The notes beneath the pieces were generated by a model. It was not told where the DNA came from and made no database searches. It saw only the letters and a program-made list of their open reading frames with translations. From contig NC_068981.1 in NCBI RefSeq assembly GCF_001194135.2, positions 37,435,762-37,499,761 of the forward strand: 64,000 nt of DNA, in the 5' to 3' direction. This document shows positions 38,275-52,074 of the stretch, in pieces. The translations under genes were made by a program, and so were the position numbers. The first letter of the stretch is position 1, and each line of letters begins with the position of its first letter. The stretch comes from Octopus bimaculoides (lineage: Eukaryota).

Positions 38275-39409
38275 TACTGGGTTGACCGAAAGGTCCATTC
38301 CGTTTCTGCCAAAACTAATCTGCAAGCACTATAATAAGTTGCAAACTTAAGTCTGTCCCTTGCACATGCACACTCGTTACATGCTTGACACTGCAATGTA
38401 GTTTGACACAAACTTACAATGAGATAGGTTGTATTTTGTGTGCTTCAGATTACTCTGAAAATAGACAACTAAAATGAACGTTATTTACACCTCATGCTTT
38501 CTTATTTTAGAAAAGGCAAGAAACCAGTGGAGACCTGAAGGAAGATATGTGCTGTGCATGGAGAGGATGCTGTTATGGAAAATATGTACCGGAAGTGGTT
38601 TTCAAGATTTCAATTCAGAAATTTTTTAGTTCAAGATGTACCGTGCTCAGGATGGCTGAGATAAACAGCAATATCAACCCTTGTTATACAACGAGGATGA
38701 TCTAGGTATTCCCCAAATATTCAAATTGAGTGTTGAAAATCATCTGCATCAACTGCATTACATCAGCAGGCTTGCTGTTTGGGTCCCACATCAGCTGAAT
38801 GAGGCTATCTTCACCCATTGGATTTCCATCTATGATTTCTTGTAGAAACAGGAAAGAAACAATTCTTCTTTTTAAGATAATGATGACAGGGTACGAAAAG
38901 TGGGTCGTCTATAACAGGGTGAAGCACAAGCGATCAGAGAGAAGTGTGGTAAACCACCACAAACAACCTTCAAAGCAGGACTTCACTTGAAAAAAAAAGG
39001 TATGCTTTCAATTTGGTGGGATTGGAAGGGTGTTATCTTTTACAAGTTTCTTCCCATGGACTTAAAGATGCAATAGGAGTTACTAGAGATTGACTGGGAT
39101 GTTTTGGTGCTCCTTCCAAATTCATCCAACTTTGCACCTTCATATTTCCACTTGGTTTGGTCTTTTTAAAAGTCATTGGAAGAACATAACTTCATCTCAG
39201 AAGAGGATGTAAAAAAATGACATGAAAGAGTTTTTCACTAGTAGACAGGAAATTCTTTGAGCAGAAAATAATAGATCTACTCACATGGTGTCAGAAGATA
39301 CTGGAACGAAATTATAATTATATCATTGATTGAATAAATTGCTTTGTGTTTAAAACTAGAATCTTCTTACCATTTAAAAAACTGAATGGACTTTTTAGTC
39401 AACACAATA
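38275..39409 (+). mobile_element. near full-length degenerate mariner (DD34D) with both TIRs
   Basis: TIRs TACTGGGTTGACCGAAAGGTCCATTC and GAATGGACTTTTTAGTCAACACAATA (21/26 match including terminal TA); VWVPHQL, MTGYEKWVVYN and PPNSSNFAPSYFHL motifs. Confidence 0.9.
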
Positions 39410-41630
39410 TTACTGAGAAAGAACTTTGAATAGATGTTCAGTTTATGGATTTTAAAAGATTTTGAGGCATTTTGAATTTGTTGCTGCTACTGGCAAATTA
39501 TTTGCAGAAAAAAATTAATTCTCAAAATAAGACCTTGGAGGTGAATGCTAGTGTTATAATTGTGAAAAAGTCAATTCAAAGTTTATGTGTTACTCTTTAG
39601 GTGATTGAATGACTCCATATCTTAGATGTAGTTAACGGAATTTAACTGCCTAGACTTTTCTAGTACTGATGAGATATGAGGTAATAAAAGAGATAGCCAC
39701 TGTCATAACAAGCTTCAAAGAGGTTAGAGTAGGGAGAATTTGTGTTTCATAAACACTCATAAATCTTTTTAATATTCAAGTAAAAGTTCTATTTGAAAGC
39801 ATAATCGGTTAAGATAGCTATGTTAGCATATGTAAATGAATCCTTAAAGAACTGATAGAAGTATGGTTCATTTGAGTCTTTTTGAATTAAATTGGAAGTT
39901 GGATAGGGTTTATATTTTAAAGATTTCAAAGTAAAAGAAAAATTTAAATAGTGAAATGTGTCATCTGGCTTTGATCCCTTCTGTTATTTTCTTGATTGTC
40001 ATAAAAATTTTGCAAATAGCACAGTCATGTTCAAACGGCCAGGCACTAGACTCTTTAGCCTGAAGGGACATCAATGAAGACTTCATTCAAATATATTATA
40101 CCTAAGGAAGTCAGCTTGGCAGAGATAATGAAAGTAATGATTGTAATACTCCAGTATAGCCTCAGCCAATAAGCTAGAAATGGTGAAGTGAGAGAACACA
40201 CCTCTTTAAATAATGTTTAACTCAATACTACAAACTAGTAAAACATTTATTAGTTTTATAGGACAGCTGCTGCCAACACAAGTGGGACTCTTCAAACATT
40301 TTGCTATTTATTTAATGTCCATCCATTGGTAATCAATAAAGACCACATCTCTAATTACACTGCAATTCAACAAAAGATGTAGCTGCATGGGGTCCAGAGA
40401 ATCATATCTGCTTCCAGCTACACTTCATTTTCCATATATTCTTGCAAGCGAGGGAACAACGTACAGAAACAGTGGGGTTTCATTGTTGCAGGTATGTGTG
40501 ATACCCCAGTTGTTGTAGGGAAAAATCCTTTTGTTACAAAAGTACTCTAACAGTCTTTTACATTACTTTAACAAAAGGGGAAATACAAATTTGGGAGAAG
40601 AAAAAAAAAAAACACTGCTACTCCCACCTATGCTACATTGCAAGTGAAAATTCTCCAGAAGTGGTAGTATTTCATCGTCATAAATGTATGTAGTACCCTA
40701 ACTGCTATAGCAAAGAAGTCTATTGTCTATTTGTAGTTCTTAGTTTAACCTGAAGTCATGACTTCTACAAGACCTAGCTTCAAATGGGAAGAACTTGCTC
40801 TACATCATCCACACTTTCTCATTTTCACTCATTTGGATCCAGTGCCAAGATATGGTTAGGACAGTTGAAGATGACACTAGATTCAAGAGTTGCTGGAGAC
40901 TTGGCAGGGTTTATCAAGAAACCATCTGTGAGGTTTCACTCTGATATTTCAGTCATGGTTTTTCTCCCTAGCCTTCTGCTGTCATTAGCACTCAAATGAC
41001 ATTCAGACTATCTTATCATTAGTTCAACGTCTGTTGATAACAATCATTAACTGCAGTCATACTGACAATTTAGTAAGGGCCTCGATTTGAAGTTTTCCAT
41101 CTTCTCTATTGGTCTTCTCTTAAGAATTGTGGGGCCTCTTGGTTTTACTTACTACATGCTTTGTTACCAACTGAAGTAGTTCTATATTTCTATGAGACTT
41201 GACCATAGACACAACAGAACTAGTGACAATGTATGAACAGCTAATTATTCAGCTGATAGTCCAAAATACTTGAGCAACTTATACATTTCTGTCAATCAAT
41301 ATCATTTCATCTCTGAAATAAATAAAGAGGTGAGTGCCTTTTCAAAATTGATATTTTGCTCAACACAAAAAATGTTATTTAGAGTGGAGAGTGGGTGGAG
41401 ATGAGGAATATGATGATATGGATGAAGATGAGATTCAACATGTTGATGGAGAGAGCAACAATGATAATAATGTCTTAAAAAAGACAAGAGATATGATGTT
41501 GAAGACGAGAAGATGTTGATAAATATCTGGTTTTAATCTGAAGTGGCATAAGATGGTAATGATGACCATTGTAATGACAATGATGAATATTCTGATTTAA
41601 TCTGGACTATCTGAAAATGTTGTTAGCAAA

Positions 41631-41636
41631 ATGATC

Positions 41637-41683
<47 letters not shown>

Positions 41684-41691
41684 TAGTAATA

Positions 41692-41743
<52 letters not shown>

Positions 41744-41906
41744 TAATAAAGTTCTTACTGTTGCTGCTGATAATGACGATGACACAGATGATGGTAGTGG
41801 TGAAGTCAGTGGTGGTGATAGTGATGATGGTGGTGGTGGTGGAGGTGGTGGTAGTGGTAGTGGTAGTGGTAGTGGTAGTGGTAATGATGATGATGTTGAT
41901 GATGAT
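41631..41906. repeat. compound (AAT)n-(GAT)n-(GGT/AGT)n trinucleotide tract
   Basis: Visible directly in the sequence. Confidence 0.9.
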
Positions 41907-42949
41907 AAAAAAGGTACAAGCATTGCTGTGTGGTTAAGAAGTTTGTTTTGCAGATACTTTTCTATAGCATGTCAACATCTTAGGTTAGTGAGTAGAACTG
42001 GAAGGGGGAAACTATACAGAATCCTGTCACACACACAAAAGGAAATTCTTGAATCAAAGCTCAGAAAAAAACCCCAAATCCGAAGAGAACTCAGTAAAGA
42101 GTTATATGCATAACTGCAGAGCAGTTAGTTATATATATTTTTTATTGCTTTAGCAAAGAATGTTTGCACTTGCCAATTCCAACAGTTCTTCAGAAACAAA
42201 AAAAATCTGTAATCTCTGTGAACGAGTAAGTAGCATGTGTGTGTGTGTGTGTGTGTGTGTGCTCGTGCATGTGTGTGTGTGTGCATGTGTGCATATGTGC
42301 GTGTGTGTGTGTGTGTGTGCATGTGTGTGTGTTTGTGTGATATGCCTGTATGTGTTGCTTGTATTGGTTTCTGTGCCATTTTGGAAATGATGGCCTTTGC
42401 ATATATATATGTCACATAACTTATTGGTACATGACTTTAAAATCAGTACTGAGTTCAATATGATCAACTAAAATAATTTCAGGCAGTGCTCCAGCATGGC
42501 TATAGTTCAATAGCTGAAGCAAGTAAAAGAAGAGAAAAGAATAAATGAATATATAATCAGCAGTCCCTCTTACCTTCAATCTTCAAAGTTGTAATTATTG
42601 TATCTTCAAGACAGCACTCACCTTTAAATCTAAGTAGTTATATCCGTTGGGTTCACTGTTCAACCAAGTTGCTCAATCTGCTAGAAACTGCAGCCAAATC
42701 TCTCTCAAATCGCTCAACAATGTGCTTTTGAAAAATGGACCATACAGTCCTAGATATACTACAGATGAAAATAATTTGGCATGGCCAATGCTTGATTACT
42801 CTTAATCATAGGTTTGCTCAATCAGTGAAGATGTGAGGGCTGACTAGCAGCCATTGACGCATGTGGCTTCATTTGAGATCTTGCTACATTACACTGTATA
42901 GCTCCACACGACATTACTATACACTATACTACACACCTATGTTACACTG

Positions 42950-43447
42950 GGGAAGTTGTGGAAGAGGGTAACCCAAGAAGACATGGGATGAAGTACTGAA
43001 GGCCTATCTCAATCTGCTGAGCCTTATGAAGGAGATGACTGAGAAGCAAGATATGTGGTGCATTGCTGTACTCAAGAAGACCCATCTACCACAACAGAAT
43101 TGAGATCCTAAAACCAAGGTGTCATGTAAAAAACATTGACATGAGTAGTGGTGCCACATAAAAAGCATTGGTGCTAATGCCACTTAAAAAGCACACGGTA
43201 CAGCCTGTAAAGTGGTTGGTGTTAGGAAGACATCAAGCTGTAGAAACTGTACCAAAATAGATTGGAATCTGGTGTGGTTACTGACCTTGCCTGCTCCTGT
43301 CAAACCGTCCAATCCATGCTAGCATGGAAAATGGACATTAAATGAAGAAGAAGAAGAAGAAGAAGGTGGTGATGGTGGTGGTGGTGGTAGTGGTGGTGGT
43401 AGTGGTGGTGTTTGTGGTGATGGTGATGGTGATGATGATGATGATGA
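42950..43447 (+). mobile_element. RTE LINE 3' end
   Basis: GSCGRG*PKKTWDEVLKAYL..MWCIAVLKKT, then the UTR with CCATGCTAGCATGG and a (GAA)(GGT)(GAT) tail. Confidence 0.8.
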
Positions 43448-45488
43448 ACACTATATTACACTATACTACACAGCACTATATTACATGTTCAAATTTTTTC
43501 AGCCATGGTCAAACTAAATTATTCAGAAGCAACAATCTAAAGAAGTTTAAATTGAATATCAACCGCCTAAGCCTTACCAGCCTTGGAGAAACCAACTCAA
43601 TCATGAATTCTGTCTCCTGCTTTGGCTAAATGAAAAATAAATCAAGCAATAGAATAACTCAAACCTCGAGTTATTTACAACTATTTTCCAAGAAAATGTT
43701 TCTCGCCCAAGATAATCATCAAGATAATTGTTTCTGTCACAAGATGGTTATTACTGCTGCCAACAGCTAACAGTTACTTCTGCATCAGATTTATAGTTAT
43801 CATTCCTATTAATAATCTTTACTAAAACATAATAATTAAGAACTACCATACTTAGTAATTATTTCTCTGTGTATTTGGTAGTCAGTCCATGTAAGAATTA
43901 CATCAAAGATAGGGTTCTGATATTGATTAATTCAAAGTTCTACAAACTAGTTTGGGGTGATGTTTTGTGAATTGCTGCTACTGTTTATATGTAACAAAGA
44001 AATAGGAAGAGGAAATTATTTCTAAGATGGACTTAAGGAAAAGGTAAACTTTTGAAGGTATATGCCAAATCCTTTTTTTACTGTAAGACACAGACAAATG
44101 AAAGAAACCACAACATATTCACACCCGCTCTATCGTTTGATTGTAGCTATTCCATTCTTCACCCCTATCATCATCATCATCATCTTCAAGGTTATCCTCA
44201 TTGTTGTCATAACTGTCATCATTGTCATCATCATTGCTGTTGTTGTTTCTATTTTGGCTTGAATTAGTTCATTAAGGTCTGACTCAGTTCTTGTTTGCAG
44301 TTACTGTTCTACTAGACAGGTTATACAGCCAGGTCTCACTCTTCAATCTCATTTCTGGCTTGGATTCTATGGATGGATTCCCTTCCTAACATCAACTGCT
44401 TTACAGATCAAACTGGGTGTATTTTATGTTAGCACCATCATTAGAGAGGTTGTTCTATATCTGGGACTCCTTTATTCATTGTGCTCTTCTATTTTTAGTA
44501 AGTTGATCAACCATAAAGATTATTACTGGAGTTATGTATTCCCTTCCTCTTTCTCTCCCTACCCTTCATCCTTCTCTCACATACATTCTCACATACATCA
44601 ATATAAATAGTGAACCTGCAATCTAAGAGTCAGGCAGACAAACCTGAAGTAGATCTGGAGTAGAGTGGGTATGTCATTGGTGAGGTCACAAATGACCTCC
44701 AAAGGACTATGGCAAACGTAGCTGATTGTTGACCAAGTGATAATCAAAGAATCGATTAGTTAATTGATTAGATGGTTAACCAATTGTACAATGTAAAAAA
44801 AATGTGAAACAAAATTAGTGTGTGCACTTATTATTGGTATAAAGTCCCTCCAGAGACAGAAGAAAATCAGTTTCACCAGTTCACATCAAGAATCTTGCAA
44901 ACCAAACACAAAAACAAAAAAATTGCTTTAATGCTTTCTTCATATAAAGATACATTAAGTAACTCACTGTAAAGATAATTATTTCCAAAACAATGATTAT
45001 TTCCAAAACAACAATTATTCAAAAAACAATAAACTTGTAGCCTTTATCTAAAAAATGTATTTTTATGTTATAGTTGCTGGAGAGAACATTCAAGTTTAAC
45101 AACAGGATTAACATTTTTACTAAGTTGTGTTTCATTCAGTGTTCATGTAGTTAGAAACATGTAAGCATGCACCTCCTTATATATAATTAATTCATATGTT
45201 CTGAGGCATGTTAAATAATATTCATCATTCCCTAATTGCTAATCTCATCTCCAGCTTCAGATGATTTAATCTACATGTCCATACATACCTACATACATAC
45301 ATACATGTATGTGTATGTATGTATATATGTGTGTGTGTATATATATACATATGTATATACATAAATATATAGATATGTATATACATACATACATGCATAT
45401 ATATGTATGTATATATGTGTGTGTGTATATATATACATATGTATATACATAAATATATAGATATGTATATACATNNNNNNNNNNNNNN

Positions 45489-45522
<34 letters not shown>

Positions 45523-46727
45523 GTATAGAGTATAGAGATAGATAGATAGATAGATACAGAGGAAGAAAGATTGATAGATATAAATATATAGATATATATT
45601 AAAAACAGAGTAAACAAGCAAAATATGTATCACTTTATAATATTTTATTTATAATTTAAACATTGTGCAGAGTAGCAATAGTAAATGGGTAAAGTCTCTT
45701 ACATCTGTTTCAAGAATAGCTAAGCTCGTGGATCTTATATTATTGATTAAAGATTTTCATGTCAGTTAGGTATTCCATCATCAGAGAGACAGAGAAATAT
45801 GGAATATCCTTAATCTAGGATATTATTAGTTACCATTTCATTGAGAAATTAAGGTGTGTCCAAAGTAAAAGATGATAGTGGTTGGTAGATCCAGGATCAA
45901 AAGATTAAGAAGATCCATAATAAAAGACAGGGTCCCCATCATCATCATGATTATTTAACATTCTCCATGTTGGTACAGGTTGGACAGTTCAATAGAAACC
46001 AGCGAACCAGAGGACTGTGTCCAGTGTCTGCTTCTGCATGGTTTCTACAATTTGATGCCTTTCCTAACACCTACCATTTAACATAACGTACTGGGTGATA
46101 TTTTTTTCATAGAGTCAGCCCTAGTGAGGTCACCAAGTAATTAACTTATAAGACAGAACTTCTGGAAAGAGTTGGAGTGAAAGAGTGAGGATGTAAGGGA
46201 GGTGACTTTATGTTAAGTGTTGAGAGGCTAGAGTATAAAAGAGGAACTGAAACAAGAGTTTTGCAGTTGAAGAGATAACGCAACTAACCAAGCTGAAAAG
46301 GGAGAAAAGGTGGTGCAGATAAGGTATCAAGATGTGTCCTCAAAGTACAAGTAAGTGGCTAGAGAGAGAGAGAGAGAGAGAGACTAGGGACAAAGAATTG
46401 AGAATGGGAGAATGGGTACGAGAGTATGATAAAAAGAGTGACGTGTGGTCAGAGATGGAGATTAAGATCATTGTAGTGAATGGTGAACAAGATATGAGCA
46501 TGGTCAATAGTAAATCACAGTTTGGCTGGGAACATAAAGGTTGGAGCAGTTAGGGAGCAGGAAGTGATAGGTGGCAGTACATAAAAGGGGGAAGAGGGGA
46601 GTATAATGAAACCATAGCTAGAGGAGAAATAAGTGAATGATGTTCTAGTGTGGGAAGAAAGAGAGATGCACAGTGATAGAGACAGACATGGAGATCAGAG
46701 GTATGAAGAAAACATGGGGTAGATATA

Positions 46728-46968
46728 ATGAAGGCAGCGAGCTGGCAGAAATGTTAGCATGCTGGGTGAAATGCTTCACGGTATTTTGTCTGCCGTTACG
46801 TTCTGACTTCAAATTCCACCGAGGTCGACTTTACCTTTCATCCTTTTGGGGTTGATGAAAATTAAGTGCCAGTTATGCACTGGGGTCGATGTAATCGACT
46901 TAATCCGTTTGTCTGTCCTTGTTTGTTCCCTCTATGTTTAGCCCCATGTGGGCAATAAAGAAATAAGA
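46728..46968 (+). mobile_element. full-length tRNA-headed SINE with a Meta-domain-like core
   Basis: GGCAGCGAGCTGGCAGAA..TTCAAATTCCACCGAGGTCGACTTTACCTTTCATCCTTTTGGGGTTGATGAAAATTAAGTGCCAG..GGGCAATAAAGAAATAAG. The superfamily label is from recalled similarity, not a search. Confidence 0.8.
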
Positions 46969-47398
46969 TATAATGAATAGCAAGCAAAAGTAGTGGTTAG
47001 GTCATCGATAGCAGATGTTGGAGTGTGTTCAGAAGAAATGGACATTCAGTAGAAACTGAAGTTGTGAGAGATGATATTGAGAATGTGGAATGTATCACTA
47101 GGGAGAGGATTCCAAAACGTAGATAACTAGTTGCACAAAAGGAGGAAGAAATATGTGTGCTTATATAATTACATCAGCAGAGGAAATAACATCATAGTNN
47201 NNNNNNNNNNNNNNNNNNNNNNNNNNNNNNNNNNNNNNNNNNNNNNNNNNNNNNNNNNNNNNNNNNNNNNNNNNNNNNNNNNNNNNNNNNNNNNNNNNNN
47301 NNNNNNNNNNNNNNNNNNNNNNNNNNNNNNNNNNNNNNNNNNNNNNNNNNNNNNNNNNGCATAGACATAAATTATATGCTTTTAGAATCTCATTTTTG

Positions 47399-47441
<43 letters not shown>

Positions 47442-48121
47442 ACTTATCATCTTGCATATCATAATTATCATGTATGTTATTCATATTTATCATCATTCAC
47501 CATTCTTCCCTTGCTCATCATTCATTATATTCATCATCTCACTCTTACTTCACCTCTACCCATTCTCTCACCCTATTTTCTCTTGTAGTCTCTACCCAGT
47601 CACTCTTCTAGTTCTTTGGTCTCTGCTCACTTCTGTTCACTTTCTTGAATCTTGAGAGCTCACCCTGACACCTTGTCATAATCATCATTATCTCTCTTTA
47701 GAGCTTCACCCTGATTATTGCCACCCACTCTTCTATAATGTGAATAACAATGTATCTCCTCTACAGCACCTCCTTTCATACTTTAACCTTTCATTACTTA
47801 GCATAGAGCTGCCTTCCTCTCAACTTTAGTCCACTCACTCAAAGAGGATCTTATTCTAGCAAGCTACATGAAACCTTATTAGTGCTGGTACCACAAAAAT
47901 GTACCCAGTACACTTTGTAATGAACTTTAGGAAGCTATATCAAAGAAGACATTGGAACACGGTGCAGTCTGCCAACTCATTGAATCCTGTCAGACCATGA
48001 AATCTATGCTAGCATGGAAGACAAACATTAAAACATTTCAATGGTTCTGACAATACATACATGCACACATATACACACACACACACACGTACACACACAC
48101 ACACACACACACATATATAAT

Positions 48122-48445
48122 CAAGGTGCATGGCTTAGTGGTTAGGGCATGTGGCTCATGATTGTAAGGACGTGAGTTCAATTCCTGGCAACGTGTTGTG
48201 TCCTTGAGCAAGACACTTTATTTCACGCTGCTCCAGTCCACTCAGCTGGCAAAAATGTATAGCACCTGTATTTCAAAGGGCCAGCCTTGTCACACTCTGT
48301 GGCATGCTGAATCTCCCTGAGAACTGCATTAAGGGTACGCATGTCTGTGGAGTGTTCAGCCACTTGCATGTTAATTTCATGAACAAGCTGTTCCGTTGAT
48401 TATATCAGCTGGAACCCTTATTGTTGTAACTGACAGAGTGCTCCT
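48122..48445 (+). mobile_element. full-length tRNA-headed SINE
   Basis: A-box TGGCTTAGTGG, B-box GAGTTCAATTCC, core GTGTCCTTGAGCAAGACACTTT. Confidence 0.85.
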
Positions 48446-48451
48446 TAGTGG

Positions 48452-48690
48452 AGGCACAATGGCCCAGTGGTTAGAGCAGCAGACTTGCTGTTGTAAGATT
48501 GCAGTTTCAATTCCCAGACCAAGCATTGTGAGTGTTTATTGAGCAAAAACAACTAAAGCTCCACAAAGCTCTAGCAGGAGGTGGTGGTGAACCCTGCTGT
48601 ACTCTTTCACCACAATGTTCTCTCACTCTTTCTTCTTCTTTCTGTTGTACCTGTATTTTGAAGAGCCAGCCTTATCACACTCTGAATACC
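48452..48690 (+). mobile_element. tRNA-headed SINE, second family
   Basis: TGGCCCAGTGGTTAGAGCAGC..TTTCAATTCCCAGACC head; shares the CCTGTATTT..GCCAGCCTT.TCACACTCTG body with the 48122 copy. Confidence 0.75.
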
Positions 48691-48810
48691 AGCCTTCTCT
48701 CTTCATGCCACAGATGTTATCCAAGGGAAAGGCAAAGGCTGATACAGCTTGGCACCAGTGATGTGGCAACTCATTTCTGCATCTGAGTGAACTGGAGCAA
48801 TGTGAAATAA
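48691..48810 (-). mobile_element. SINE internal fragment
   Basis: TATCCAAGGGAAAGGCAAAGGC..GGCACCAGTGATGTGGCAACTCATTT..GAACTGGAGCAATGTGAAATAA, homologous to 56940-57032. Confidence 0.75.
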
Positions 48811-49174
48811 NNNNNNNNNNNNNNNNNNNNNNNNNNNNNNNNNNNNNNNNNNNNNNNNNNNNNNNNNNNNNNNNNNNNNNNNNNNNNNNNNNNNNNNNNN
48901 NNNNNNNNNNNNNNNNNNNNNNNNNNNNNNNNNNNNNNNNNNNNNNNNNNNNNNNNNNNNNNNNNNNNNNNNNNNNNNNNNNNNNNNNNNNNNNNNNNNN
49001 NNNNNNNNNNNNNNNNNNNNNNNNNNNNNNNNNNNNNNNNNNNNNNNNNNNNNNNNNNNNNNNNNNNNNNNNNNNNNNNNNNNNNNNNNNNNNNNNNNNN
49101 NNNNNNNNNNNNNNNNNNNNNNNNNNNNNNNNNNNNNNNNNNNNNNNNNNNNNNNNNNNNNNNNNNNNNNNNNN

Positions 49175-49217
<43 letters not shown>

Positions 49218-49897
49218 TAGAACTGGAACCTGGTCCTAGCTCCTGCCAAACCGGCCATCCCATCCCAGCATGGAAAACAGACATTAAATGATGTTTTATA
49301 TATATAGACAGCCCCTCCCCCCATACACACTCATACTCTGACTGAGAGTATACTCTCTCTCTCTCTCTCTAAGTTAACTGCAGCCTGGCTTTTCTCTCAA
49401 ACATTTACAATCTCCCATATTATGTTATAGCAAAGCTAAAAATATATTGTGATATGGAACAAACTTCTTGCTATCATACATACAATAGTTGTAGCATCTA
49501 CTACTGCACACAAGTGATAGACAAGAGAAAAAATGATATGCTGCTATTTCAGAAGTATAATACAATAACAGTAGCAGGTTTTGAACTTGTAATCTTATGC
49601 ATCATTAGTTCAGTAACTTCACCATTCAGTGATCATCTTGCTTATATAAGTAGAGGTAGAACTCTCTTCTATTGCAAACAATATCAAGAATTACAAACAT
49701 GCTGTAAAATACTAAATATATTCATATATTTCTAAACAAAATTGCCCATGTCTGTAAAACTATTTGCAAGCTGCTTTACTTTCTTGGAAGTACCAATTGT
49801 ATTCCTTACCAATTCCATTGATTATTTACTTTTCCAGCAGGGAAAACATACATTTCACATGATGCAACAAAATTTTTCTTTTTTTTTTTGTTAGTTG

Positions 49898-49966
<69 letters not shown>

Positions 49967-50091
49967 TAATATGCTTTTTTTTATAAGATTTTTTTTTCCC
50001 TCTTGCACTTGGAAATCTTTAGTTTGCTGAGCCATGCAAAACAGCTTTTGCTTTTTTGATATTTCATTGTTTGTTAATATCTGGTGTTTAC

Positions 50092-50148
50092 TTGAATGTA
50101 AATATGGCATCACGGTTCAACAGATCATTGATAAAAGTGTGTGAAAAT
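50092..50148 (-). CDS. candidate 57-nt coding exon
   Basis: gccttccttgcAG|ATTTTC..ATTCAA|GTAAAC; only phase 2/2 is open: FSHTFINDLLNRDAIFTF. Confidence 0.27.
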
Positions 50149-50735
50149 CTGCAAGGAAGGCTTATGGTTTATAGCATTTTTATTCTATTCTATTTTATAT
50201 CATCTATTTGTTTTTTTTGTGATGAATTAAATCTCTGTGTGATTTCATGAAGAAAATAAGTTTTGAATTGATAATAAGACCAAAAACCTTGAGCAGAGAC
50301 AGAAGAAAGAACAATTTGAAAATCAGTTTAACACATAAGTTGTTCAAAAAGCATGAAAGATATTGCATTTAGCCATACTTCTTGATATATTATTTATTGT
50401 GTGTATGTTTTGTCTTTTATTTTTAAAATGGAGGTAAAATGCCTCAGAGAAAAGAGTATTCAAAGTACTGTTTGTGGGGTAGTAGTAATGGCAGTGTTAT
50501 TAACAACACAAAAACAATAATACATAATAACAATAATATATAATAATATTGATATGATAATAGAATTTATGGTAAAGTAGTTTTTATCTTTATTCTTGTT
50601 ATGCCATGAGAAGGTGAACAGCTTCTTATAATTCCTCTGATTAATATTTGGTGGGATGAATCTGCTATTCACATCATAAGCATCAAACAATTTCAAGAAT
50701 TTTTTATCTATTTATTTATTCATTAATTCATACAA

Positions 50736-50799
<64 letters not shown>

Positions 50800-51854
50800 A
50801 TTATTACCTCATTAGTTTGCTTTTTATCAAGATGCTATCTGCAAGTAATTGTCATATATTCCTTCGTCAATAGATGCTCAACCTGTTTGGCCAAATGCAG
50901 AAATATGAGATGATTCTCATTAAATTTTCATGTATGAATTCCAAATAGATGCTTGAAAATTATTTAGTTTAATTCTTGATAAACGGTAGGTGAAAGTTTA
51001 AAAAAAAAAAAAACTGAAATGCCAACATTTAACTAAGTATTTGTTTTCAATACAATATTTTGAATTAAAGCATCAGAGTTAAATTCAATGATAATGCTTT
51101 CAAATTGTGCCTAAAGTTATTTCTTTTGACAAGGTATGAGGCCCTAGACTTATAGAGTAAATAAATGGGAGTATATAGCGTTAATGACTTTCAAAACAAT
51201 TCTAGTAATGCAAACAATGGGAAATGATTTCAACCAAAATTTAAAAGCCTGTGTGAGGCAATTTCTGCTGTATGGCATTTACTGTATGTACTTAAATTAC
51301 TATTTTCTTTTAATAAGCTCAAATAAATCAAAATGCATAAAGCATAGTATTTAAGAATAGAAACGTCCAACAGTTTTTAAATATACAAATAAATTAAATG
51401 ATCATGAAAAACATACTTTTAAATTATTCATCTTCACCAGTTTGAAGAAATGATATTTATTGTAAGATATGATAAGTTACCTTATTATTTTACAGGAATA
51501 ATCTTACTCCCAAATTCATAATAGATCACATTCTGACTGTTGGTAATATATTGTGAAGATTAGACAAAAGATTTGACTACTTACCTATATACTTATCTAC
51601 TTAGCCTCTTCAATAATTAGAACTACTCCTCTGTCTTATATCACTGTCCCCTAAATGTTCCCATTTGGAAACTCACTTTTTCTACTAGTGGTAATGGGAT
51701 TCAAGTAAGGCCCTTAGTTTGAAGATAATATAGTCCCTTGATGTACATAACCTGAGTAGTCAAGGAAAAGTTTCCAGGTACATCATAGCAACAAGAACAA
51801 AGAGCAACATCTCAGACCATTTCCCTACTGGCTAGTACATATGCTGGTATTTAA

Positions 51855-52074
51855 CCCTTTTGTTACCAACCCAGCTGAAACCAGCTCTTGCTCTGAGTAC
51901 AAATGTCTTGTTTTCATAAGTTTTGAATTAAAATCTTCCACCAAACCCTAGTCACAATTTATGTTCCTAACACTAGCTGAATGATGACTAAATTATTTTA
52001 CTAAAATCTTTGTTATATTTAAAGTAATTGAAAGAAACACAGAGCATCTCAAAATAAATACAATAATGAAAGGG
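51855..52074. mobile_element. piggyBac-type MITE
   Basis: TTAA|CCCTTT ... AAAGGG|TTAA; 220 bp with no ORF. Confidence 0.75.

Noticed and set aside
41631-42113. 160-aa poly-N/D/G-S ORF
   Set aside because: Translation of a compound trinucleotide microsatellite; no domain or splice support.
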